In this document: in pieces, positions 1 through 9,800 of the stretch
Layout: each line of letters begins with the position of its first letter
Numbering within the stretch: the stretch's first letter is position 1
Virus record (IMG/VR): IMGVR_UViG_3300043777_000173
Location: 4,302-68,301 of that record
Length of the DNA: 64,000 nucleotides
DNA from: a virus
Reading direction: 5' to 3' (one strand)
Notes under the pieces: generated by a model
What the model saw: only the letters and a program-made list of their open reading frames with translations
What the model was told of the DNA's origin: nothing
Databases searched by the model: none
Program-made: the position numbers and the translations under genes

Positions 1-8
1 GGGGGAAT

Positions 9-248
9 TTGAAAAAGCTGCGGGAGTTCTTGACAAGCTTTCAAAAATGGAAGGCTGGTCTGGAAACGAAGGAAACATCAACATCTTCTCCGGTCTCACT
101 GACAGAGATATCCGTGAAGCCCGAGAGCGAATTGCAAAAGGCACTTCAAAACAACTTAATATTCGCCCAGAACCTGTGGCCGACGCAAACTAACGAGGAC
201 TACGTTCAGGCAGAGGACGTAATCTCAGGGAAGCATGTCAACAAGTAA
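9..248 (+). CDS. hypothetical protein upstream of TerL
   Basis: TTG-start ORF overlapping the TerL start; no recognisable motif. Confidence 0.45.
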   Translation: MKKLREFLTSFQKWKAGLETKETSTSSPVSLTEISVKPESELQKALQNNLIFAQNLWPTQTNEDYVQAEDVISGKHVNK

Positions 249-1758
249 CCCCGAATTTGCGATCGAGCAGCTCAAACGCTTCGACAAAGAGGAGCAGCTA
301 GCGATCATCGAGGCCCTTGATGATAAGCGGCGCAAAGAAAACTATGTAAAGTATTGGGAGGCCCAGCCCCAACAAGCCCCCCATTTCAAGGAATTCACCA
401 AGGAACTCAAGATATTCGGGATTCTTGGAGGCAACCGCAGTGGCAAGACTGAAGAGGGAGTCTTTATTGATGTTGCCTGGGCCCTTGGCAAAAAGTATTT
501 CGAAGGAGAACCTGCCTACGAATACGTCAAGGACCTCCCAATTCCTGAACCACCCAACAATATCTGGATTGTCGGCCTCGATTACGGACTCCTGAAGAAT
601 GTTATCTGGTCTGAAAAGCTCCGACAAGGACGAGGTCATCCACCCTTACTCCCCCGAGACCCTGACATTGTTAAAAGGGTTGTCGATGGGGAGTTCCAGG
701 TGTATTTCACGAACGGCTCGATTATTACTGGAAAGTCAGCAGACGCAGGGCGAGACAAGTTTCAGGGAGCCAGTGTCGATCTTGTTCATATAGACGAGGA
801 ATGCGAGGCGGATGTCTTTGACGAGTGTTATCAGCGCACTGCTGATTGCGCTGGCAAGTTACTTCTTACTCTCACACCTCTCACAGATGTTGCATCTGGG
901 GTTAAAACCCCCTGGGTATTCAACCTGTATGAGGATATGCTCCGGGGTCAGAAGGATATTAAGTTCGTAAAACTAAATGTCCTCAAGAACCCCTATGTCC
1001 CCGAGGACGAAAAAGTTCGACTGATCGAGAAATGGAAGGGGAATTTTGAAGAATCCGCTCGTTTATTCGGTGACTTCATCCAGAGGTCAGGGTTGGTGTA
1101 TCCTCTCTGGAAGCGAAGTATCCATGTTATTGAGCCCAAACCTCTCCCTCGACAGTGGCGAAGAATTGTATCTATTGATCCCGCAGCGACCGGCACCACA
1201 GCCGCAGTTTGGGCGGCTATAGAACCCGGCACCGACGATCTCTATCTCTACAAAGAATACTACGAATCCAATAAAATAGTCTCTGAGCACGCAAAGGATA
1301 TCTTGGTTCGAAACGGGAGCGACCCAATTGACATCTGGCTCATAGACCCAAAGTGGGGAAGTCAACGCAATGCAGAAACACATCGGACTGGCCAGCAACT
1401 CTACCGGGAAAATGGAATCCCCGTTAGGCTGGCGGACGTTAACTATGACGATTATGGACTTAACGCTAGTAGGGAGTATATCTCTGCTACTCTTGATAAG
1501 TCCAGCCGCCATCCAAAAGTTTACGTCTTTAATGATCTTAAGAAATTCCAATGGGAAATCGAGAGATATGTTTGGGACTATTATGCCCGAGGCGACCAGA
1601 AAGGTCTCTCGAAGGATAAGCCCCTTAAGCGGAACGACCACCTCATTAATGCCTTTCAATACCTCTGCTGCCTCAAACCCCGAGGCCGAAAGACCGGCGC
1701 TTGGTTGAGAGATGAGGCTTCCCAAAAGCAGGCCGCCGCTTTGAATAGCTATACCTAA
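235..1758 (+). CDS. terL: terminase large subunit
   Basis: Walker A GGNRSGKT, Walker B LVHIDEE, coupling motif TLTP, RNase H-like nuclease motif SIDPA and C-terminal DH. Confidence 0.95.
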   Translation: MSTSNPEFAIEQLKRFDKEEQLAIIEALDDKRRKENYVKYWEAQPQQAPHFKEFTKELKIFGILGGNRSGKTEEGVFIDVAWALGKKYFEGEPAYEYVKDLPIPEPPNNIWIVGLDYGLLKNVIWSEKLRQGRGHPPLLPRDPDIVKRVVDGEFQVYFTNGSIITGKSADAGRDKFQGASVDLVHIDEECEADVFDECYQRTADCAGKLLLTLTPLTDVASGVKTPWVFNLYEDMLRGQKDIKFVKLNVLKNPYVPEDEKVRLIEKWKGNFEESARLFGDFIQRSGLVYPLWKRSIHVIEPKPLPRQWRRIVSIDPAATGTTAAVWAAIEPGTDDLYLYKEYYESNKIVSEHAKDILVRNGSDPIDIWLIDPKWGSQRNAETHRTGQQLYRENGIPVRLADVNYDDYGLNASREYISATLDKSSRHPKVYVFNDLKKFQWEIERYVWDYYARGDQKGLSKDKPLKRNDHLINAFQYLCCLKPRGRKTGAWLRDEASQKQAAALNSYT

Positions 1759-1759
1759 C

Positions 1760-1782
1760 CTCCTCGCATAGAACGGGGTTAG
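1760..1782 (-). repeat. dispersed 23-bp motif copy 1
   Basis: CTCCTCGCATAGAACGGGGTTAG, directly after the terL stop. Confidence 0.95.
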
Positions 1783-1797
1783 CAACAGGAGAAAGAT

Positions 1798-1971
1798 ATG
1801 TCAAAATTTGTCCATGGCCTATTGCAGGTGCTAGGCGTGGTGGTTCAGGTGGCAAATGCGGCCTCCGGTGTAGTTCCTGTCAAATATCAGGGACTCGTGG
1901 CTAGTATCGTTGCGGCCATCCAATCCGCCCTAGCGTTGTATAATCATCAAAACCCTCAAGGAGCGAAATGA
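1798..1971 (+). CDS. small membrane protein, holin candidate (57 aa, not in ORF track)
   Basis: MSKFVHGLLQVLGVVVQVANAASGVVPVKYQGLVASIVAAIQSALALYNHQNPQGAK; AGGAG RBS; two hydrophobic segments; ATGA overlap with the next gene. Confidence 0.6.
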   Translation: MSKFVHGLLQVLGVVVQVANAASGVVPVKYQGLVASIVAAIQSALALYNHQNPQGAK

Positions 1972-2540
1972 AGAAACTACTTTCCGGGGCACTAGCCCTA
2001 ATTCTATGTGTCTCGATGGTCGCTTGTACAGTTGATCAAGTCCTAGCAGATATTGAAGTGGTCGTGCAGATTGCGGCCAGCATCGTTCCCGCAGTTGGAG
2101 CGATCTCGCCCGCTGATGCGGCCGTTGTACAAAAGCTTTCTAATGATGCAACCGCTGGCGTCAAGGCCATTCAGGCAGCCTATGATACTTATAAAGCCTC
2201 TGGCGCAGCCACCGACCTCACTAAGTTGCAAGCTGCGATCAATTCCATCCAGACCAATCTTCCCCAGGAATTGGCGGCTGCCCACATCTCCGATCCCAAG
2301 ACCGTCGCAACCGTCACGAATTGGTGCAATTTGATTTACTCCACCATCAATGCAATCGTTGTGGCGATTCCGTCGCTGAATCCAGTTCCCGTGGCGGCGG
2401 TTTCCGCTAAGTCTGCCAAGATTCCCGTTGCTTTCCCAACTGCCAAGGTCATCGCGGCTCGTTGGAATAGCGAAGTCTGCCAGGGCGACGAGGCTTGTGG
2501 CAAGCTCGTGAAGGTCAAGAAACACTTTCTCGGTCTCTAA
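1968..2540 (+). CDS. lipoprotein (spanin or exclusion candidate)
   Basis: signal peptide with lipobox-like MVA-C; helical Ala-rich body. Confidence 0.65.
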   Translation: MKKLLSGALALILCVSMVACTVDQVLADIEVVVQIAASIVPAVGAISPADAAVVQKLSNDATAGVKAIQAAYDTYKASGAATDLTKLQAAINSIQTNLPQELAAAHISDPKTVATVTNWCNLIYSTINAIVVAIPSLNPVPVAAVSAKSAKIPVAFPTAKVIAARWNSEVCQGDEACGKLVKVKKHFLGL

Positions 2541-2720
2541 TTGAACGTCAAGCAAATCCTCGATCGCGGGGTTCAGGAAACTCAATTCAAAGACGAGTCT
2601 TTTTCGTATACCGGGCTCCGCGATTTCAAAGAGGAACGGCCAGAAATTTTAAAACTCGGGCCTAAAACCCAAGTATCTCGACCACGTACGAAGGTCTCCC
2701 AAAACAATTCGTACACATAG
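2541..2720 (+). CDS. hypothetical protein (59 aa)
   Basis: TTG immediately after the upstream TAA; open frame fills the gap. Confidence 0.4.
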   Translation: MNVKQILDRGVQETQFKDESFSYTGLRDFKEERPEILKLGPKTQVSRPRTKVSQNNSYT

Positions 2721-2763
2721 TTGTAGAATCCCTACAATAAAATAAAAATAAAGGACAAACAAC

Positions 2764-3144
2764 ATGGCTATTACTGCGATTAGCACCAACTATACGACCG
2801 CCGGACCTGCATTTACAAACCAGGTTCTAGCCCTTGGAGGCCGTGACGCGACTGAAATCGCGTATCACGGCTATTTTGCGTTTACTGGTGACGGTGCTGC
2901 GACCACGGCGGCCTTTAACTGGATTGATGGCACACAGACTCCGTTCTTCACCCAGGCCAATCCGCCCGTAGCCGTAGCTCCGACGGCGGTTTTTATCGGT
3001 TCCTTGCAAAGTGCAGCGGCTGGTTCCACCGTCAGCATCAACGTAAACTCAGTAACTACGACCGGCGTGACCCTGACATTTAGCGCCGCGCCTTCTGCGG
3101 TTGCCTATAAGCTGCCGTTCATTGTCTTCCCGTACGCTTCTTAA
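2764..3144 (+). CDS. putative virion structural protein
   Basis: AAGGA RBS; Ala/Thr-rich, beta-type composition. Confidence 0.6.
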   Translation: MAITAISTNYTTAGPAFTNQVLALGGRDATEIAYHGYFAFTGDGAATTAAFNWIDGTQTPFFTQANPPVAVAPTAVFIGSLQSAAAGSTVSINVNSVTTTGVTLTFSAAPSAVAYKLPFIVFPYAS

Positions 3145-3389
3145 TGGCGGGAGTGCTTAATCCACGAACTGAGGGGCTTCGGCCCCTCAAGTTCGGTAAT
3201 ATGAGGGGGCTCATGGAACAGCGTTGTTCAGGGCAGCACGACATTTATGTCGCCGAGGTTATGTATGTACCCTCGGAGGGCAAGTTAGTAGTAGTTACAG
3301 TTTGTCGAAATTGTGATACGGTGCACTTTCATGAACGACTGGTCGCTCAACCGCACCGTGAAGCAGAACTCCTAAAAAAGGAAAAATAA
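3144..3389 (+). CDS. hypothetical protein with CxxC
   Basis: coupled to the upstream stop; CRNC. Confidence 0.5.
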   Translation: MAGVLNPRTEGLRPLKFGNMRGLMEQRCSGQHDIYVAEVMYVPSEGKLVVVTVCRNCDTVHFHERLVAQPHREAELLKKEK

Positions 3390-3401
3390 AGGAGATATAC
3401 A

Positions 3402-3923
3402 ATGTCCTATACTATAAGGGATGATAACCCGATTTTTGGCTCCGGAGCCGCAGTTGAACACTCCCAGGGCTATGGAGCTTCGGTAATTGGATGTATTCAG
3501 TCTTATGAACCCACTTCACTAAACGGGGCCACCGCTGCCACCTTCGTCAACGGCTCTTTTAATACAATCTTTATTGCCCCTCCGTCTGCTTCACTAGCCA
3601 ATGGCACCCTGCCTCTTGGTCAGAAGTATCAGGTTGTGGGCGTTACCTATCGTTACGGAACTGCCGGTGGCGCAGGTTCGGTTTTTACAGTTGAAATTGT
3701 TCCTGCGGGAACTGCCGATGGTTCTGGAAACAATGTCCTAAATGCTACGAACGTTTCTTTGGCCACCGCCGCGAGCAACACGCCTACTAACCTGGCACTA
3801 AACACCAACGTTGACAACCTGATCGTTCTTCCGGGCGGAAGAATCAATGTCAATGCTTCTGGTGCCGCGACCACTGGTTTGGCAAACTTCACAGTTATGG
3901 TCTATCTTGCGAGGACCGCGTAA
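3402..3923 (+). CDS. putative capsid decoration/structural protein
   Basis: strong AAGGAG RBS; G/A/T/N-rich jelly-roll-like composition. Confidence 0.6.
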   Translation: MSYTIRDDNPIFGSGAAVEHSQGYGASVIGCIQSYEPTSLNGATAATFVNGSFNTIFIAPPSASLANGTLPLGQKYQVVGVTYRYGTAGGAGSVFTVEIVPAGTADGSGNNVLNATNVSLATAASNTPTNLALNTNVDNLIVLPGGRINVNASGAATTGLANFTVMVYLARTA

Positions 3924-4312
3924 TGGCCAACCGATATCCCCTTCAACCTGGCGATGTGACTCCTGATCTGTCCGACTATAACTTCAGCAATGAAGCTGAT
4001 AGACGGGCGGATCAGACCGTCACTATCGTCCGATCAAATCCGCATAATTACCATGGGGAATATCCAGCATCCGATCAAAGTCACGCCGAAGGCGGACGCC
4101 TCTGGAAGGTTGGCCAGGCCCAACCGAACGAGTTTCTTTCTGCTCCGTTCCCTGTGATTCAGATGGACGGAGATAATAGCGGAACTCCCGCTGAGGTTCA
4201 CGAGATCGACGTGGATTCCTATGGGGATTGCTACGATCCTACGGCCCCAATGCGCGTTCGTACAGTAACGAATTATCACTTGGATAGTGATCACGACGGG
4301 CAGTTAAACTAA
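3923..4312 (+). CDS. hypothetical protein
   Basis: coupled ORF, acidic. Confidence 0.55.
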   Translation: MANRYPLQPGDVTPDLSDYNFSNEADRRADQTVTIVRSNPHNYHGEYPASDQSHAEGGRLWKVGQAQPNEFLSAPFPVIQMDGDNSGTPAEVHEIDVDSYGDCYDPTAPMRVRTVTNYHLDSDHDGQLN

Positions 4313-4313
4313 T

Positions 4314-4556
4314 ATGGCCAACTCAATTAACTTTAGTTTCGACGACAAACTGGCAAAGCCAGTCGATGAACTGCCCACTAGCTATGAACACAAATCTAGT
4401 GACGTAAGTCATCCTCCGCAAACTGCGGATGGCGACGAGTATCTGTGCGGGAACTCTGGCCCCGAACATTCCTATGCGAATGCCGGGCGCGATCAAGATC
4501 GCTCGCGCGCGGATGAACGAATCGCAGCCCAAGGCTGTGCGAGGTATGTAAGTTGA
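4314..4556 (+). CDS. hypothetical protein
   Basis: tightly packed ORF in operon. Confidence 0.5.
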   Translation: MANSINFSFDDKLAKPVDELPTSYEHKSSDVSHPPQTADGDEYLCGNSGPEHSYANAGRDQDRSRADERIAAQGCARYVS

Positions 4557-4801
4557 ACTTCTCCGGCTTGGTAACCCCCAACTATGGCCAGATGGGCACG
4601 GAGAATCTACCCGCTGGCAACGGTCCTGCCATTCCTTACGGAGCTGGTAACCCTGCTGCTTCAGGGCCAGTGCTTTCAACCGGCACCATGCAGGGACCTT
4701 CCAGCCCCGCGACCTCAAACATCGGCTACCGACCAACCTCTGGTCGGGCGGATCGACTCTCAGCTAATATTGTAGGTGGTAATGGGATTGGAAAGTTTTA
4801 G
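4553..4801 (+). CDS. hypothetical protein
   Basis: TTGA overlap; G/P/N-rich. Confidence 0.5.
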   Translation: MNFSGLVTPNYGQMGTENLPAGNGPAIPYGAGNPAASGPVLSTGTMQGPSSPATSNIGYRPTSGRADRLSANIVGGNGIGKF

Positions 4802-5066
4802 TTTATGTGCTGCCCTGTTAGTGTTGATTGGTCTCGACTTGAAGATCAGTTCAATGAGATGGAAACAAGGCGCGACGGACCTCAATCCTATAGTCCAACA
4901 CTTTGCCAGCAAGAGTACAACCCTTGGCCTCTTGAGTCTAAGCGCGATAAATCTTTTAGTAATGGCGGCAGCTTTCCAATACCTGCCCCTCGTTTGGATG
5001 CTTCTAGGCGGTAAGTTAGCTTTAGCATCAATTCAACTACGGAGCCTAATAGAAAATGGCAAATGA
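4776..5066 (+). CDS. small membrane protein
   Basis: three hydrophobic segments with a GATDLNP motif. Confidence 0.55.
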   Translation: MVMGLESFSLCAALLVLIGLDLKISSMRWKQGATDLNPIVQHFASKSTTLGLLSLSAINLLVMAAAFQYLPLVWMLLGGKLALASIQLRSLIENGK

Positions 5067-5307
5067 ACCAGCAAATCCGAATCTTGTAAACAGCGTAGCT
5101 ACAACCACTGACACTAGTGTGGTTAACAGCCTAACGGCCTCGGGAGCGCAATACTTTGTGCCAACTGAAGCGCCGATTGTGCTTAGCAACAGTCATCCGG
5201 TGGTCACTCGCGCGGATGGGGCCCTTTGGGATGTAACCGCCGGTGCTTATGTGGCAATTCAATTAACTAATTTCGGCACCACCAGCGTGCCTAAAATGGG
5301 ACAATAA
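5056..5307 (+). CDS. DG-x-x-WD family small protein, paralog 1
   Basis: SHPVVTRADGALWDVTAG, near-identical to a segment of 15181..15471. Confidence 0.7.
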   Translation: MANEPANPNLVNSVATTTDTSVVNSLTASGAQYFVPTEAPIVLSNSHPVVTRADGALWDVTAGAYVAIQLTNFGTTSVPKMGQ

Positions 5308-5309
5308 TC

Positions 5310-5564
5310 ATGGCTATCAGAGTTCTAAATGGCAATATCGCAATGTCTAGCTTCGGTCAATCGCAGACCTCAACTACGCAGGTCCCGGTGATGATGGTTG
5401 GTGAGAAGAACAAAACTGTCACTGATCAGGGTCCTTATTCAGCTAACCAGAGTTCCGCCGCAACCACCGACGTGGTTAGCATTGGTGCAGACTATGGAGT
5501 CTGGGACGTTACCGCCAACCAGGCCCTCGATTCCAATTCCACCAATCTGGTCTACCCAGTCTAA
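5310..5564 (+). CDS. DG-x-x-WD family small protein, paralog 2
   Basis: GADYGVWDVTAN. Confidence 0.65.
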   Translation: MAIRVLNGNIAMSSFGQSQTSTTQVPVMMVGEKNKTVTDQGPYSANQSSAATTDVVSIGADYGVWDVTANQALDSNSTNLVYPV

Positions 5565-5842
5565 TGAGCAACCGAGCCAATTCGACTGACACCCTCGGGA
5601 CGACCCAGACGCAAGCCGGGAACGTCGTGCCCATCAATACCTGGGTCACGACCTTTCCTCGACCGAGCGGCCTAACCATCACGGTCACTCGCCTCAATGG
5701 TGAGATGTCCGCCGCTGGCGCTGCCGTAGGCGATCTCGTCGAGCGAGACTCCGACGGCGGCTTCTGGGATACAACCGTAGGCGTTCGCGTGCCTCCGGAC
5801 TTTACGAGTTACCAACTCGGGAATGATATGGTCTCCAACTAA
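5564..5842 (+). CDS. DG-x-x-WD family small protein, paralog 3
   Basis: RDSDGGFWDTTVG. Confidence 0.65.
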   Translation: MSNRANSTDTLGTTQTQAGNVVPINTWVTTFPRPSGLTITVTRLNGEMSAAGAAVGDLVERDSDGGFWDTTVGVRVPPDFTSYQLGNDMVSN

Positions 5843-6102
5843 TGTCACAGCGATACAACGAAACAAACAACGGCGGCATCACAACGATCGCGGGTGGCAA
5901 TATGCCCGCCTCGACCTATGCCAATCAATACCAGCCAACGAGTCGAACGGTTGGCCAAGGTGGCGCGGGCGGCAAAGCCTCGATCGTGGTTATCGCCAAT
6001 AGTCATCCAGTTGAAGTTGACGGTGATGGCGGCCTTTGGGATACCACGACCGGCGTAGCCGTCCAGGATTTCCAAACTAATATCTTGTGCATCGGCACCT
6101 AA
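5842..6102 (+). CDS. DG-x-x-WD family small protein, paralog 4
   Basis: NSHPVEVDGDGGLWDTTTG. Confidence 0.7.
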   Translation: MSQRYNETNNGGITTIAGGNMPASTYANQYQPTSRTVGQGGAGGKASIVVIANSHPVEVDGDGGLWDTTTGVAVQDFQTNILCIGT

Positions 6103-6108
6103 CGAGTT

Positions 6109-6200
6109 AGCCCGTGTAGGACGGTGCGTTCCTTCCCCTCTTTCGCACCCAGATTCGCCGCCCTCCTCCTGCCTCGCGCGCGGATACTAACACACGGGCT
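6109..6200 (+). ncRNA. candidate structured RNA (three-way junction with pyrimidine loops)
   Basis: closing stem AGCCCGTGT/ACACGGGCT, inner stem GGTGCG/CGCACC, second GC stem with a CCTCCTCC loop. Confidence 0.45.
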
Positions 6201-6207
6201 TCACTTT

Positions 6208-6230
6208 CTAACCCCGTTTTAAGCGAGGAG
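6208..6230 (+). repeat. dispersed 23-bp motif copy 2
   Basis: CTAACCCCGTTTTAAGCGAGGAG; its GAGGAG is the RBS of the gene at 6236. Confidence 0.9.
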
Positions 6231-6235
6231 TAAGT

Positions 6236-6523
6236 TTGGAAATCGTTGGAGTTACAAGACTAAGAGATGGACAGGAAGTCGATGAATTTGTGGTCGGCTG
6301 TCCTGAGCATAATTATTGGTTTAAAGGCGCGCCTCCATTAACTCACGGTTGCCGTGAATGCTGGCACGCCTATTTTTATGCCCAGTGGGCGATGGCCGGG
6401 GCCAAGCCTGAGCAGGTCGATCAACTTGAAGAGGCGATCCATCATGCAGCGGAGCTGGAAGACCGGGGCGAGTTTGACTTCAAACCCAAGCTCGAAGATT
6501 TCAAAATTGAGAGAGAAAACTAA
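6236..6523 (+). CDS. hypothetical protein, possible Zn-binding
   Basis: CPEH...CREC; RBS supplied by motif copy 2. Confidence 0.6.
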   Translation: MEIVGVTRLRDGQEVDEFVVGCPEHNYWFKGAPPLTHGCRECWHAYFYAQWAMAGAKPEQVDQLEEAIHHAAELEDRGEFDFKPKLEDFKIEREN

Positions 6524-6840
6524 TGGCAACCTTTACAGCAATCCTGGTTCCGAGTAGCCCAACCGCATCCTCGTTGTTCAATGGCACGGCCGGAGCCTCC
6601 GCTACAGTAACACCTGGCTTCAAGACAATCATTGGAATCGCTTGCATATCGGCGACCGCCGGAGATGCCTTGAATGTGCGTTTCGGAAGTGCCCTAAAGG
6701 CCCCCACGGCCACGGTAGCCGATTGGCCCGTGGCTGCCGGGACAGTTCAGTATTTCGATCTGGGGTCTGAGTTTGATCGAGTGGCGATCTTTAGCGCGAC
6801 TACCCCTAAGTATTATGTTTATGTGTTTTCTAAGTGCTAA
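6523..6840 (+). CDS. putative structural protein
   Basis: coupled ORF; Ala/Thr-rich beta-sandwich-like. Confidence 0.6.
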   Translation: MATFTAILVPSSPTASSLFNGTAGASATVTPGFKTIIGIACISATAGDALNVRFGSALKAPTATVADWPVAAGTVQYFDLGSEFDRVAIFSATTPKYYVYVFSKC

Positions 6841-6841
6841 C

Positions 6842-6864
6842 CTCCTCGCATAGAACGGGGTTAG
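6842..6864 (-). repeat. dispersed 23-bp motif copy 3
   Basis: CTCCTCGCATAGAACGGGGTTAG; identical to copy 1 including flanks (CTAAC...C). Confidence 0.95.
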
Positions 6865-6880
6865 CTTTCAAGTTCTTAAT

Positions 6881-9800
6881 ATGCGCAATTTCCTATTAGC
6901 ATTGTTTTTGGGCCTGTCCTCTATGAGTTTGGGGCAATCCCTAACCGGTTCACCGGTTGCTGTCAATCAGAACGGAGTGCCTTTGCCTTCGACTCTGGTG
7001 ACGGTGTGTTTGACCAATCCCGGAACAGGGACCTGCGGGTCTTTGGCAACTCTGTTTACAGATAATACACTGGCAAATGCTTGCATAGGAACCAACGCCG
7101 CTCTTAATTCAATTGGTAGCCCCTTAGTTACTACGGCCTGTTCGAACCCAGGATTTACGGATGTTTTAGGGAATGTAATGGCATTTGCGCCGCCGGGTTT
7201 TTATTGGTGTCAATATTCTCGCGCGGGAATTTTAACCTATTCTCAACCGTGTCCGTCTAGTGGAAGTACGGGTGGGGGGATTGCCTTGGGTACGGCGGCC
7301 CAGGTCCCTATCATGAATGCAGGGGCTACGGCTTATGTGCCGCAAACTCTTGCTCAGGATTGCACGATCGCCTCTACTGGTGTGGTGACATGTCTCAAGA
7401 CCAATAATGTGCCGTTCGGCACTTTTGCTACCAATAACTTCACGACTCCTCCTACTATTGGCGGTACCACTCCAGCTCCCGGTTTTTTTACAACACTATC
7501 GGCCTCTACTAGTTTCACCCTTGTGGGCGGTACGGCCCTGACCAGTCAATCGAGTGCCAATTCGCAGATCGTAACTTGTCCGACCGGAGGTTCAGGGACA
7601 CAGGTTTGCGATGCGGCTGGAGCCTGGGTGGCCAATGGGAGCGGTTCCGGAACAGTCACTCCTAGCCCCCAATATCAGGTCGCGATCTATCCGACCGCTG
7701 GTACTGTGGCCACCGTCCAGGGCTCGGCCAATTTGACCACCGACGCTGGGGGGGACTTCTCAGCGACGGGCAAACTGGCCGCGGGTTCGACCTCGGTTAC
7801 TGGACCGATGTGTACCGGCGTTAGTGGAGCGTGGTGCGCAGCAGAAAACTCGACTGCGGGCACGCCGACCTCTGGTGGGTGCTACATCCGGGCCGACTCG
7901 ACTACAAACGCCCTTAAATACTCGTGCAACGGTGGTGCGGAGGCTTTGCTTGTGTCTCCCGGATTCCCAGTGACCACGCCGCAAACCGTCAACGGAGCGC
8001 CATCAACAGGGTCCATCACCCCGAACCAAGCTACGATCCCGAACCCAGTAGGACAGATTATAGGCACGGGAGATTGGTATATGCAAGCCCCGTCCTTTAC
8101 GATCCCGCCCGCCCCCTCGCTCGCGATCAACACGACTGGGGGCACTTACGTTAATGGAACTCAACTTTATGTGCGCCTGACCTACGCGGGCTTCAGTGCG
8201 GGCAATACACAACCGTCTGGTGAGGTGGTTTCCAGTGCTCCCAACGGCATGACTGGCTGTTCTGGTGGTAACTCCTGTTCTGTTACGGTGACCATGCCGA
8301 CCTCCTGTACGGCCGGTAATCTTCCGGCGGGCGCGACAGGTTGTACAGTTTGGAATGCAACGGGAGGGGGCACGAACACTGAACAGATCGTGGCGGCTTG
8401 CACGAATATTACGGCGACCACTTGTATCCTCACGGCGGCACCAACGGGGACCGCACTTACGTTCCAAGCCACCACCGGGATAACCCCACCTAATTTCCAT
8501 ACTTCTGGGTTGCTCTCGAATAACATCGTTCCGCTTTCATGGCTAAATAAATCTGATCTTAATAACTATCCGCTGGTAGGAATCGACACAGGCGGGCGCA
8601 ACAACGCTCAACCCCACGACATCCTGACGTTCATGCAGCCGTTGTCGTATAACGACGCTTTTCAGAACGCCTACTACGGGATCACCAACACAGGCGGGAT
8701 CAGCATCGTGCATGAGATGGGGCACAACGTCAACTCTACCTGCTCGGCCAGCAACCTCTGCATAGACCCAGCACTCTCGGTCCGTTACGACGACGCCTTC
8801 GCCACCGGAACCACTTGGGAGCAGTCGCTAGGCATGTACGCGGAACGCTTCCTCAACAACACTAGCTTCGTGTGCAGCCCGGTTTCTGGTGAGACTTGTG
8901 CAGGCTCGATTAGGGCGAATGTCACCGACCTGCGAACGGGCGGTACATCTCTGAGCGCGCAAGGTCCAGTTGCGGGCATCGCTGGAGCGGCTTTTAACAA
9001 TCAAGGGTCGTCCCATGCAACTACTCCCACCGCACAGGCGGGGTACATTGGAGGTAGTTTTCTCGCGCAAGATGGCACCACCAATGCCTACAATGAAGGC
9101 GCGCAGACTTATATCGGAGTACAAGGACAAGCCTCTGACGTAGGGCTGGGAACGAATTCCATTGGCTATAACTTCCGTTCCGTGAAGGGATCAAACTTTG
9201 GCAACGGCAACTATGGAATGTCAGTCAACAACTTCACGCCTGCGCGGAATATCGACTATGGTCTTTTTATAGACGGTGGGAATATTTGGTTTGGAGGCAA
9301 TGCCGAAGGGCCAGTCTATCTCGATACCATCGCAACCAACCACTCTACCATTGGCGTGGCTGGATCAGTGGGTGTTACGGGTGACGTAACCGCGAGCAAC
9401 ATGCTGTTGCCCACGGCAGGCACGATAACACCTATCGGGGGCACCGCTACTACGTGGACCTATCGTCTCGCTTGTGTCTCGGCCACTGGAGCACTCAGTG
9501 TCGCCGCGACCGACGTTACCACTAATGTTGGCGCGGCCAACTTGAACGGGTCTACCACAGAAAACGCCGTTAATCTACCCAATAACAACGAGGGTTGTAG
9601 TTCCTACAATATTTATCTGACTTCTACGGGGGGTACGTGCGGCGGAGTGTCGTGCAATGCCCCCGGTTTGATTGGCAATGTGGTCGTGAATCAGGCACCG
9701 AATCTATTCAACTTACAGACGGCTTCTACCGGGCAGTTTATTCATGGTACACAAGTCGCTACTGGCACCGAACCCACCAATTCATCCAATACCACGGGAA

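Noticed and set aside
1087-1785. Long antisense/alternate-frame ORFs (for example 1087-1785, 18035-18724, 37333-38115, 53701-54567, 57939-58718)
   Set aside because: They shadow well-supported genes on the other strand and have no motifs or RBS.
1747-2720. TerL and the 2541 ORF both end in NSYT
   Set aside because: A four-residue match with different codons; likely coincidence.
6208-6864. Inverted motif pairs as IS/MITE terminal inverted repeats
   Set aside because: No transposase, no target-site duplications seen, unrelated interiors, and some ends lie within intact genes.
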